Shown here one piece after another: positions 24,201 through 36,360 of a stretch of DNA of 64,000 nucleotides. The notes below the pieces were generated by a model. The model did no database searches, was not told the DNA's origin, and worked only from the letters and a program-made list of their open reading frames with translations. Position numbers and translations under genes: made by a program. Source of the stretch: Heteronotia binoei (Eukaryota); the NCBI RefSeq assembly GCF_032191835.1, contig NC_083223.1, forward strand, positions 258,354,001 through 258,418,000, read 5' to 3'. The stretch's first letter is position 1, and each line of letters starts with the position of its first letter.

Positions 24201-27200
24201 GTGCTACTGGACTCCAACTTTGTTCTGTTGCTTCAGACCGACAGAACTGCCCACTTGGATCTACCTTATTGGTCACGTTATATTATTCACTATACATTTG
24301 ATTGGTTAACTAGGAACAGGGCTTTTTTGGTAGAAATAACCTAGCAGGAACTCATTTGCATATTAGGCCACACCCCTGATATCACCATTGCTTCACACAG
24401 GGCTTTTTTTATAGAAATAGCCAGCAGGAATTAATTTGCATATTAGGCCACACCCCGACATCAAGCCAGCCGGAACTGCATTCCCGTGCGTTCCTGTTCG
24501 AAAAGGAGGGGGGGAACCCTGGCTAGAATCAGTCACTAATAGGGTTGCCAGCCTCCAGGTGGACTTTGGCAAAAAACAAGAAACCACAGTGCACAAGTTG
24601 AGCTACCACAAAATTTAAACACCGTATAGTTCACATATTAGCGTGATATATAACAATCTCCAAAAAGGTAGTATGCGCTTTGAACCAATACCGAAAGTCC
24701 ATGAGTAACCTCAAGGCAATTTCAATGGTGATTTCTCAGTGCTATTTTGTAGACTGGTGACTCTCAGCACTATTTTGTCGATTGGTGAAGACACGCCTCC
24801 CACGTTTTATTGCAGCATGTTTCAAGAGGCTATCTCCCTTCTTCAAATCACCCTCATTGAATCTGGAATTGTAAAATAATCATTCATAATAATACTGATT
24901 CCAGAAACTAGTGCAAAACATCCATAAATCCCAAAGACACACAACATAGCACATACCCACTGCTCAAGAATTTCTGACGCACAAGTCCAAAAGTAATGCT
25001 GGCAGTCTAGGTTCCCAGCGAATGGAACCAAAACTGCATAATTAAATGGAGCAGAGGTCCATCAGTGGCTATTAGTGACAGCATATTGTTGGAACTCTCT
25101 GTCTGGGGCAGTGATGATGCTCTGTATTTTTGGTGCTTGTGGGGGCACAGTGGGAGGGCTTCTAGTGTCCTGGCCCCACTGATGGACCTCCTGATGGCAC
25201 TTGGGTTTTTTGGACACTGTGTAACACAGTGTTGGACTGGATGGGCCATTGGCCTGATCCAACATGGCTTCTCTTTGTGTTCTTAGCAGTGTTGAATACA
25301 AGTAGTTTATCTTTAAGATGTTTTGGAGATTGTAACATCTTGAATATTTAGGAATGTTCTATGCACCTAAGTGTGGGGAGGGGGGGTAGAGAGAGAGAGA
25401 GAACTATTGGACTCAGTTTTATGGGTGACATATGAGTTTTATTGCTGTGCTGCAAAGAATGATTAGTAGAAAGCTGCAATCATAAGACAAAAAATGTGAA
25501 CTGTCAGGGGGTGCGGGGAGAATGAGTGGTGGCAAAAATTTGATTGCAGGAGCCTCTTGTTGGGTACCAAAATAGAAATTGTCCTTTGCTTCTTGGTGTG
25601 GATGTCCCTCATATTCATGCTATCTTCTTATCAGATATGAACCAACGGTTACAGCTACGGCTGTTATTGCATCTATTCCTTTGCCTATGGTAGGTCCTGT
25701 CTGTACATCAGCAACAGCATCTGTGACCTGCAAGAAAAGACAAAGAGGTTTTCATTGGGGAGGTACACTTATTTTCAGAATGGCACCATCAATTAAAGCA
25801 ATGTGCCTCCCATACCTTCCCCCCAGCATCGTGGTACATTCATGCACTTCTGGGATTTCCTTGGCTTTTTTCTGATCTTTCTTTAACCTGATTTGCTCTG
25901 AAGTTCTGGGAAAGACTGTAGTAAAGTCTGGATGGCTGCAGAGGAGGGGGGGGGGGGGCTTCCGGTTTTCTGGCTGAAATGGCAGCCATTTGCTCAATTT
26001 GTTGATTTTACTATTCTGTCATTGAATCTTAAATTTTTTTACCATTTTGCATTCTAAATCACTCCCTACCAGGTAATTTTACTATACTGTCATTGGTTCT
26101 TAAATTTGTACCAGTTTGCATTCTGAGCCACTATGGCTTTAGTCACTGTACCGGATTCCTCGTCTGAGGGTGTGCTTAGAGAGCACACGAAAGCTTATGT
26201 TCTGAATAAAACTAAATTGGTCTTAAAGGTGCCACTTGACTATTTTGTTCAGCCATTTTCTCTAACCCTGCTTCTGCTTATTTCTTTAAAAAAACCGCAT
26301 CTAGTCTGCCGTCTGCCTAAAAGAAGTAGCCCATTTCTGCACAAGTGCAAAACTCCACATCAGCGTTCTTAAATAATCAACATTTGTAAAACTTCCAACA
26401 CAACATTTTGCCTCCACAGGAGCAGATCCAAATTTAGTGCTCCGTTAGCCTATGCTTTCCAAATCCGCTTTTCCAGCGATTTTTCCCTTTAGAACTGAAT
26501 TTGCAGTTTTCCAGTGAGTAATCTCCCATTTTGGAAAGAGCCCCTTGGTGCAGAGTGGTAAAGCTGCAGTACTGCAGTCCGAAGCTCTGCTCATGACATG
26601 AGTTTGATTCCAGCGGAAGCTGGGTTCGGGTAGCTGGCTCGAGGTTGACTCAGCCTTCCGAGGACGGTAAAATGAGTACCCAGCTTGCTGGGGGGACAGT
26701 GTAGATGACTGGGGAAGGCAATGGCAAACCACCCCGTTAAAAAGACTGCCGTGAAAATGTTGTGAAAGCAACGTCACCCCAGAGTCGGAAATGACTGGTG
26801 CTTGCACAGGGAACTGTCGATGTATAAGTTAGCAGATTTGTGACTGCCTATATCTGCCACTGCCCCTCCACTCCGATGAGCAATAGTTTAACACAGCCAA
26901 CACCACACTGTGTTGTTAAACTATATACAAGGTTTTATTTTACATATATACAAACTCTCCATCATAATGCTCCGCCAATCAGTCATAGAATAGTAAGAGG
27001 GTAATATGTACAGCATAGCTTCATTAATATATTTTTGCTCCTAAGTACTGTACCAATTAGGAGGCAGTGCTGAGTCATTGGGCGTTTTCGCACTGACCTT
27101 AATCGGCAGCGACGTCCCTCTTCACCGCGCAGGATCTGCGCGGATTTCGCACCATTTGCTGCGGAGCACCCGGAAGAGCCGCAAAGTCCCGCGGCTTTTG

Positions 27201-29330
27201 CGGCGCAAATGGAAACCGCCAAAAACCAGTTTTCATTTGCGCCGCAAAAGCTGCGGGACTTTGCGGCTCTTCCGGGTGCTCCGCAGCAATTGGTGCGAAA
27301 TCCGCGCAGATTCTGCGCGGTGAAGAGGGACGTCGCTGCCGATTAAGGTCAGTGCGAAAACGCCCATTCAGTACTCCTCACCCGATTACATCATTCTACC
27401 GGCTAGAACCAGTTTTCCTCTGACAGATCTTTCTGAGTCATCTACCTGACAGCAGCTGTCAGATCAGTAGCAGTGCCTCATGCCTTACTGGCATTATTTT
27501 CTATGCCAACAGGAACTACCTTTACCTTTTACCTTTAATCTCCCATTTCCGATTTTGCTTTTCACTGCCCTTTTGTGTCATCAGTGTGTCACACATGCAT
27601 CCCACCTCCTGCATGCCCTCAGGTTGTTCTCTGGAAAGGAAAGGTCCCCTGTGCAAGCACCAGTAGTTTCCGACTCTGGGGTGACGTTGCTTTCACGTTT
27701 TCACGGCAGACTTTTTACGGGGTGATTTGCCATTGCCTTCCCCAGTCATCTACGCTTTCCCCCCAGCAAGCTGGGTACTCATTTTACCGACCTTGGAAGG
27801 ATGGAAGGCTGAGTCAACCTCGAGCCGGCTACCTGAAAATCCAGCTTCCGCCGGGAATCGACATCAGGTTGTGAGCAGAGCTTAGGACTGCAGTACTGCA
27901 GCTTTAACACTCTGCGCCACAGGACTCATTTAACTCATTGTTCTCTGAGTGACCCCCTAATTTTTAAAAGAGTAATGTTGATTGCATTAGGATGCAGGCT
28001 TTTTTTCATTATAATACAGCAGGGGTGGGCCAAACAAAATGTAAGAGCCACATAGACTAAATGTCAGATGTTGAAGAGCTGCAAGACAAACGTCAGATGT
28101 CGGAAGGAAGAGGAGGAGGAGAGATAAGATGGTAAGGTAAGGTTAGGATAGGATGGATGGCGGTCTCGGCACCTCAGTGTTAACAGCAGCCGTGGACTTG
28201 CTCTCGATGGCCGCTCTTGAATCTGGCAGCTGGGGGATCTCTCAGCTGGGAGACCCAATTCCAAGATCCGGGAAGGGTCTTGGAAGGCAAGCAGCTCGAC
28301 AGAAGGCTCAGGAGATCGGCGGCAGTTGACTCTGAGTCACTGTTGCTGCAATGCCCCGCTGCTCTGATCGCCATTTTAAAATGGTATCAGAGGTGACTGC
28401 TGGCTTCTTTTCTCTTCTATCCCTAATGATTTTTCAATGCATTTTTTTTCCTACTGCAATTATGGAAACTGTACTTTGCACTCTCCAGTCAGTAATTTTG
28501 TTGCTTCTTGCAGGTGTCTGGCCCCAATTGCCCACTTATCTTCAGCCAGGTCCAGGGCCTTCTCGGTTGTTGCTCCAGCTCTTTTGGGCCAGCTTCCTGG
28601 CGAGGCCCCTGGTCTGCAAGATCTCACTGCATTGCACATGTAAGGGCCACTCCATTTCACCAGGCCTTTGGCTAATTTTTGTGCAACTACTATGGCCTGT
28701 ACCTTGTAATTGTTTCTTGGATTACATTTTAACCACTACACCAAACTGGCTCTCAAATTGATACAGAGAAAGCGATACAGAAATTGACAGACAAGATCCA
28801 AAAGGACTAGGGCATTACCTTATCGTAGAGATAGTGGGTATACATTCAAACACCCAGTTATTGTATTGCTTGGTTCTAATATCCCAGATGAACTGAGTTT
28901 GGCAGCTGCCTATTTTGTTCCTTAAATAAATATGCTGCAATGTGAGCCGTTTGGGAAGGTCAGTGTTCCCAGAAACAATAAAAGGAAACAAGACCGGGCT
29001 CTGTGATCAGGAAACTCTTGAATGCATGAACTCTTGAGATATCAACCCAACTTTGAGGTGGCTAGCACTGGCTCACGGTCGGTGAATTTCATGGCTGACG
29101 AGAAACTTGAACCTGTGCTCCTCCCCCTCCACCATCTGCCTCTTGAACCACGGTGATCAATTTCACTTTGACCACCAGCCACCTGGGATTCAGCTCTGCT
29201 CTTCTGGCCCTGTGCTTTATCTTCCCTAGATTGAATTTGTTTCGTGTCACATCTGTGGTTTATTTTATTTTGCAGGCTGGAAAGTAAAGACTGATATGGA
29301 AAACTGAAAGGACTAGGGGATTACCCAATT
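18231..29330 (+). repeat. Tandem segmental duplication, copy 2 (11.1 kb)
   Basis: Begins caattacatacg like 5348; ends ggattacccaatt like 18222-18235; lacks 7014-7873 and 9022-9913 of copy 1. Confidence 0.95.
27080..27365. mobile_element. Palindromic PIF/Harbinger-like MITE (duplicated copy)
   Basis: Same as 15997-16282. Confidence 0.85.
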
Positions 29331-29715
29331 GTGTAATGATGGGTGTACATTCAAACATCCAGTTCTTTTATAGCTATTTCCTGGAAGACCAGAGTTTGGC
29401 AGCTGCCTGCTTTGTTCCTTAAAAAAATAAGCTGTGATGTGAGCAGCATGGGAGGTCTGTGTTCCCAGGAACAATAAAAGGAAACAAGACCATTCAAAGC
29501 TGCAGGGACTGGGGGGAGTCTTAAAGTGGAACTCAAGTTGGTTGCTTCCAGGTCAGATGACATACCCCCCGTTTTCCTTGCCAAGAACAGCAGCAGCAAA
29601 CAGGTGTGACAAAGGAACAAGACATCTAGAACTCTTAGGGGTTTCAGTTAAATAAGGATAACCCATAGCCAACTGACTACTGAAGTTCCTCCAAATGTGG
29701 ATCAAAAACTGGCTA

Positions 29716-30815
29716 ATTAATAGCAATCTTCACAGTGGAGGATGGTAAGCAGTGAGGTGCCACAGGGCTCAGTACTGGGTCCCATGCTCTAACTTGTGCA
29801 TTAATGATTTGGAGTTGGAAGTAAGCAGTGAAGTGGCCAAGTTTGCAGATGACACTAAATTGTTCAGGGTGGTGAGAACCAGAGAGGATTGTGAGGCACT
29901 CCAAAGGGATCTGTTGAGGCTGGGTGGGCGTCAATGTGGCAGATGAGGTTCAATGTGGCCAAGTGCAAAGCAATACACATTGGGGCCAAAAATCCCAGCT
30001 ACAAATACAAGTTGATGGAGTGTGAACTGGAAGACTGACCAAGAGAGATAACTCACTGAAAATGTCAAGACAGTGTGCGGTTGCAATAAAAAAGGCCACC
30101 TCCATGCTGGGAATTATTAGGAAGGGAATTGAAAACAAATCAGCCAGTATCATAATGCCCCTGTATAAATTGATGGTTCAGTCTCATTTGGAATACTGTG
30201 TACAATTTTGGTCACCACACCTCAAAAAGGATATTATAGCACTGGAAAAAGTCCAGAAAGGCCACTGGAATTATTAAAGGTTTGGAACACTTTCCCTATG
30301 AAGAAAGGTTAAAACACCTGGGGCTATTTAGCTTGGAGAAACATTGACTGTGAGATGACATGATAGAAGTTTACAAGATTATGCATGGGATGGAGAAAGT
30401 ACTTTTCTCCCTTTCTCACAATACAAGAACTCGTGGGCATTCAATGAAATTGCTGAGCAGTCGGGTTAGAACAGATAAAAGTACGTACTTCTTCACCCAA
30501 AGGGTGATTAACATGTGGAATTCACTGCCACAGGAGGTGGTAGCGGCTACAAGCATAGACAGCTTCAAGAAGGGATTGGATAAAAATATGGAGCAGAGGT
30601 CCATCAGTGGCTATTAGCCACCGTATATTATTGGAAATGTCTGGGGCAGTGATGCTCTGTATTCTTGGTGCTTGGCAGGGGGGCAAAGTGGAAGGGCTTC
30701 TAGCCTCACTTGTGAACCTTCTGATGGCACTTGGGGTTTTTTTTTTTTGGCCACTGTGTGACAGTGTTGGACTGGATGGACCATTGGCCTGATCCAACAT
30801 GGCTTCTCTTTATGT
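29716..30815 (+). mobile_element. CR1 LINE RT C-terminus plus 3' UTR, frameshifted
   Basis: VAKFADDTKLFR RT motif, HLEYCVQFWSPHLKKDI, and a 3' UTR ending ccaacatggcttctct. Confidence 0.9.
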
Positions 30816-33189
30816 ACCGTATACCTCCTCCAAAGGGACTAGCAGCGTTTCCTTCTTTGGTCTTTCTCAGGGACATACTAGAAACAGACCCATCTGGAAC
30901 TTTGACTCTCCAAGCAATTATTTTTATTGCTGGGCCAGGCTACCATGAAGTTAATATATGTCTTATGGCTTCTATTTACACTTGCAGGTGAATCTAAAAC
31001 CCAGAGACCTGACTGAGATTGACTGGGCTGTTTACCAGCATTGGGCTATCTACCAGGTAATGGATGTGATATGTGAGGGGTGATATGATCAGCATCTTCA
31101 AGTACTTGAAAGGCTGTCATATAGAGGATGGTGTTGTTTTCTGCAGTAGCAGAAAGTCTCACCAGAACCAATGGGTTGAAATTAAATCAAGAGGCTTTGC
31201 CTAAACATTAGGAAGAACTTCCTGACAGAGCAATTCCTCAGTGGAACAGGCTTCCTCTGCAATTTGCCACCTGACAGCGATGAGGATTCTGTAAACTTAT
31301 GGAGAGGTATCTGTGAATTTCCAGCCTTGTGCAGGAGTTTGGACTAGATAATTCTGGGTCCCCTCCAACTCTATAATTCTATGCCACCCCACTGGTAGCT
31401 GGAATGACCACTCAGCCAGTGGTTCAGGGACAAGCTACGGAACACAAATCCATATTTTCCTTAAAAATGTACACAATTAACAGTTGTATAAATATTATAT
31501 TTTTTTAATAAATACATACATTCAGTCACACCAACCCAGAAGCCCCTTGCCAGCACCATGACTTAAAAGCACACACAAAAAAGCCCCCCAAAAATGTTTA
31601 GGGCCAACTGTGCATGTTTTACTTACATGTGAGCTCCTGGAGAGAATTATGCTATGGAATGGCAACCCCCCCCCCCCCAAAAAAAAACCAAGTAGATGGG
31701 CTCAGCATGTAAACTGTATTTAGCATAGGGAAGGCAGGACAAAGAAAGGGAGGGGGCATGGAGCAGAGTGGAAGAGGTCTGGAAACTAGCAAGAGCTCAC
31801 CACCGTAACAATTAGCTTCCCGCACTAAAAATCCTTCCACAAAGCTTTACCTGCATCCGTTGGTATTATTACCATTTTCTTTTTTTTTAAACCGTGTTTA
31901 AAGAGGAAGAAAAACAAGAGACAAAACAGCCAAATACTAAATGGCCCCATATTGCTCAAAGAGGTTAACAGTGGGTTGGTCTCCATGCAGGTTTCATGTG
32001 AAGCCCAACACGGAAGTGTCTTCAGAGTAGATTCAAATGGGTGGCAAAGCTCTGCATGGGAAGGAGCCAATCTTGTCTATCTGCTTGGCCATCTCAACAT
32101 CATACAGCAGCTTTTCAGTGCAGGATTCCAGTTTGAAGTGCAATGTGCTAAAATTCACAAAAAGTACTGCTGCAGGCAATCTGACCTCTTAATTGTTACA
32201 AATAAGCAATGAAACCAGGTAAGAGAGCTGAGATGGGATTGGGACTCAGGGAATGTAAAAGGCCTTTACAGAAATTTAAGAAAACGGGTGATCTGAAGAT
32301 GGATCCGCAGGGCCTCTAGCTCAGGAGTGTCATTTCTTATGAGGGCCAAATCTGACTAAGATTAGGTAGCAGAGATATAAACAAACATTCTTATAACATT
32401 AGCACTTGGTCTTAAAGGTGCTTTCTTTGCATTTCTCCCATGGGATACAGGAAACTGGACAAAAAGCTCTGATTCTTTCCTTCCTTCCCCAGGGAGGAAG
32501 GAAAGAGCCTGAGCCAAGAGGAAGAGAGACTTGGCTCAATAGCTCTGCTGACCGAGAGAGCCTGGCAAAGCCTTCCCTCCTTCCTCCCCAAGGGAGGAGC
32601 CTCAGCCAATAGAGAAAACAGAGGTTTTGCTCTGTAGCTCCTGTGCAATTGAGCAAGCCTGGCAAAGCAACCTGTGATGTAGAAGGAAGCGAGAGAGGGA
32701 GAAGGAAGCAGATGACAGACAGTTACTCGGGGGCCTGATGGGGGCCCCGATTTGGCCCCCAGACCACATGTTTGCCACCCCTGCCCTAGCTGATCCCAAG
32801 GACAACATGAGTTTCAAATATCCTGGGCTGGGCTGGGACCCATTCTGGGCTAATTGGCAGTGGTAAACCTGCATTGGTATTCAGCCAGATTCTTTCTCCT
32901 CCACTTTTCCTTTCCCAAAACAACTCAGCCCAAGTCTTTAAGGCAATCCTGGGTTTCATTCCTGAATTCTTTAACGGCCTTTTCAGCTTGTTTAGGGTGC
33001 TGCATTCTTTGTTGCTTGAGAAGTCTAAATGTTTACAGAATCCGGGGGAAGAACTGGGTCAGACCAAAACCTGTGGGGAAACGAAATCGATAAGATGCAC
33101 CATATCTGTACACACCTTCTCCCAAAATCAACTGTTCTTTTGTACACATCAAGCCCTTTAACAGCTTGCAAACAGAGCCCTATCACACC

Positions 33190-33314
33190 TCCTGTCCCCA
33201 CAACCTCATCCTATGCAGAATGACTGGGCCATGAAGCCCTTTTGTCCCAGTGCTTGAGGATAGAACCAGCAGATGGAAATGCCACTGGCACCGAAGACAG
33301 AACACTGGGGGACA
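33190..33314 (-). ncRNA. SNORA57: Intronic box H/ACA snoRNA, probably SNORA57 (U99)
   Basis: Minus strand: hairpin 1 (CCCAGTG/CACTGGG), H box ACAAAA (33240-33245), hairpin 2 (TCATTCT/AGGATGA), then ACA plus 3 nt (33193-33195). The 5' pocket UGUCUUCG + CCUC pairs with 18S GGAGG-UU-CGAAGACG, with 14 nt to the H box. Lies in a GT-AG intron (33071-33323). The name is inferred from synteny: human SNORA57 lies head-to-head with C11orf98. Confidence 0.72.
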
Positions 33315-34479
33315 TTTCTTTACCTCCGGACATAACAGAGCCGGGCACTGAGCCACCCGGGCCTGCCAAGAAAAGGAGGCCTCTTCTCACTGGCATTACA
33401 AAATAATCTTTTCTAGGTCTAGGTACTAAAAAACCCTTAAGCAGATTACAGCTGCTCTCAGAAGACACACAGAGCAGAAACACAGGCCAGCAGACCAGGC
33501 TAAAAGACCTTGTGGTTGCAGGCAAGATCTAATACAGAAAACACACAAAGGGGAGTACCACAGAAAGCAAGGCTCAGGGAGGGAGTTCAAGAAGTTCCCA
33601 GTTCAGCCCTGACCTGGATAGCTCAGGCAAGCCCAATCTCGTCAGATCTTAGAAGTCAAACAGGGTTGACTCTGGTCAATACTTTGATGGGAGACCTCCT
33701 TGGAATACCAGAAGTTGGGAGGCAGGGTCAAGCTTTAGTCAGCCATCTTCCTGAATATCCTCCATGCTCCCACTAGGGGTCAGTCACTAGAGGTCATCAA
33801 CAAAATAAAAAAAAAAGTCCCCAGCATTCTTGTCTAAGTACGACAAGGCTGGGAAGGCTTTTCTCTGCCAGAAGCAAAGAAAAGCTGCTGGGGCTCAGAC
33901 AAGTAGATCAAACTGAGCCAATGGGCTGAATCAGTAGAGCAACAATATGGAAACAGGTTTTCCCTCTTCAACTCTAGCTTCTGGAACAGGGCTGCCAACC
34001 ACCAGGTGGGGCCTGGACTTACCCCAGAATTAAAACTGATGACAGAGATTTGTCCTCCTGGAGAAAACGGCAGCTTCACTGGGTGAACTCTACGGCCTCA
34101 CTTCCCTGCTGAGCATCCTTTCTTCTCAAAACTCCACCCTCCCCAGGCATTTCCCAACCCGGATCCTTTTGGTGCTTTGGTGACCAAGAAAACCCACTAT
34201 AACATCCACTTTGCAAATCCTCAGAATACTCCGTTTCTAACAGCCTTTCTTTAACTAGTAAACTTAATTCCTAGCAAATGCCTTCTTTGCCGCCTAGATG
34301 GCCTTCCTTTCAATACCTCTTTCCATTCCATGACCTTCTGTAGTGTTTTTGCTGTCAAGTCCCAGGTGACTTCAGGTGACCCCGTAGGGTTTTCAAGATA
34401 AGAGACCTCCAGAGGTTGTTTGTCATTGCCTGCCTCTGCATAGCTACTCTGGTATTCCTTGGAGATCTTTCATCCTAAT

Positions 34480-35306
34480 TGTGGCAGACTGGTCCTGCGT
34501 CTGCTAGCTGGACCTGATCCTGCCCAGCCCTTCCCGGTATACCAACCTGAAAGGGCCATTCCCCTTTGCTGCCTCAAGGTATTCGCTGCCACCACTGTCC
34601 CTATCTGGCCTCTGGTTAGGTGGGACAGCCTCTTAACCTCCCTCTGGACTCGTTAAGAACCCTTCTTGGAGCTTCCTAGGGAATCTCTGGGGCTCCCCTG
34701 GAGAGTTGGCAACCAGCCGATGTGCCACTTCTCTCCACCCTAGGGATTCCCCAACCCACTCCCAGCGTTCCAAGCAGTTGGGGGGAACTAGATGGTACAG
34801 AGGGGCTCTACTTTAAACAAACATAACATTTATTTACAACATACAACTATTTACAGGCATTTTTTAAAAAGTGCACAGAAGCAACAAATTATAGCAGGGG
34901 AAAAACGCTCCTTCTCTCCCTCTTATACTACTTGCCCTCACTAGCTGACCTACAGGGCAGGCACCTTACTTGGACTGTTGCAAGCCTGACCATACCTTCT
35001 CAACTAACTGATGTCAAAGACTGAACTCAAACTGACTGTCAGCTTCCTCTGACAACTTTTAACTGTCTACCCGCCCAAAATCTTCAATATAAATTGCAGT
35101 TCCCGTCCAGGAACTGGTTTACCCTCCTGCAGCCTTCTGGGAGACCAGCCTCAAAGACTTCCTGTCTGTCTAGGAGGCCTCCTCAGAACTGCTGTTTCCA
35201 GACAGAGGGAGGGGAAAGACTAGGCCCCGAAGCCTGCTTCCAGAGTTTAATAGACTTCTCCAGCCAGCTCCCAGTAAAAGACCAGCCAAAATGGCATTTC
35301 CCTACA
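34480..35306 (-). mobile_element. Probable solo LTR inserted into a 5S-derived SINE
   Basis: TG...CA termini; imperfect 6-bp TSD (cctaat / ccaaaa); the flanks rejoin to give a continuous SINE; minus-strand TATA-like motif near 34922 and AATAAA near 34833. Confidence 0.6.
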
Positions 35307-36109
35307 CCAAAACTAGCCAGGGCCAATCCTACTCAGCTTCTGAAATCTGACGAGATCAGGCCAGCCTGGAGCTATCCAGATCAGCGTTAAGTACTCCTAA
35401 GTCAAGTAGGGTTGCCAGCCTCCAGGTGCGCCCTGGAGATCTCCCATTTTGCAACTGATCTCCAGCTTGCAGAGATCAGCTCCCCCGGAGAAAATGGCTG
35501 CTTTGAAGGGTGGACTCTATGGCATTGTACTATGTTGAGGCACCACCCTCTCCTGGATCCATCCCCAAAGTCACCAGGTTATTTTCCAAAACAGATCTGG
35601 CAACCTTAAGGTAAATTCTTAAGATTTACAGAGCAATCATAAAAAGAGGTACTCCAATCTAAACTGGATTTCAATGGGCTTGGATTGCATCGTTAGCCCC
35701 GTGGTTAAGGCGCACGGGGTCGGGTTTGTGAATCCCTCCGGACAGAGCTGGTCGGGGCAAGCGCCTACACAGACAAGATACCCCAGAGTTTCCACCAAAG
35801 TCGCTGCCTTTATCCGTGTGTATATTCAGGGGCAGGGCGGCCTGCAAATTTAAATTATAAATAGCAAAAATAAAAAAGCGGAAAGGCACGCACACGCCTT
35901 TCTCAGGGCCACGATGCCTCCACGTGGCCGAACCCCTTCCTTCCAAGGACGCAGGCTGCATTCAGGCTACAAGAAGCTGCGCCCCACAAAAGCCATTCCA
36001 GAACCCCTCCGCTTTGCTCCCTTCCCTCCAGGCTACCAGCGAGCACTCAAGAACCACTTCGACCCATGACTCACCTTCCGCGCACACTTAAAAAATGGGA
36101 AAGAAAGAG

Positions 36110-36360
36110 CAACGGCCGCGACCTCGCAATTTATATCTCTGCCGGCGCCTCTCCGGCGCCACCAGGTGGCCATTTCAGAAAATAAGGGGGAAGCGAGAGC
36201 GGGAGAACCGCTCAAATCCCACTCTGGTTGGTCCTGAGCCTTTTGGCCAATCGGAAGAGGGCAGGAAAGAACGCTCATTGGGTAGGAAGTCACATGATGC
36301 CGCTGCTCTCCGGAAATCCTGGAGCGGCGTCATTGGGACTTGGCGTGGCGTGGGAGCAGC
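36110..36360. promoter_or_regulatory. Bidirectional CpG promoter shared by the snoRNA host (-) and C11orf98 (+)
   Basis: CpG-rich; TATA on the minus strand, CTCF-like CCACCAGGTGGC (36159-36170) overlapping YY1-like GCCATTT, CCAAT boxes on both strands, ETS-like GGAAG motifs. Confidence 0.75.

Larger units (their letters stand above)
30905..36109 (-). ncRNA. Putative non-coding 5'TOP snoRNA host transcript; candidate exons 36075-36109, 35782-35841, 33324-33362, 32869-33070, 31851-32147, about 30905-30993
   Basis: TATA (GATATAAAT, 36129-36137) about 26 nt upstream of a C-initiated pyrimidine run CTCTTTCTTTCCC; strong donor AAG|GTGAGT; canonical acceptors at 35842, 33363, 33071, 32148 and 30994; AATAAA at 30923-30928; no long ORF. 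Donors at 35781 and 32868 are weak, so the internal structure is tentative. Confidence 0.6.

Noticed and set aside
31851-32147. Degenerate CSKMT coding remnant (IDKIGS vs LDKGT; MGPF vs LGPF)
   Set aside because: Matches are only 3-4 residues, in different frames and with inconsistent spacing; not distinguishable from chance without a search.
33830-33945. Cluster of three hairpins on the minus strand as a second H/ACA snoRNA
   Set aside because: The ACA falls inside a stem and there is no correctly placed H box.
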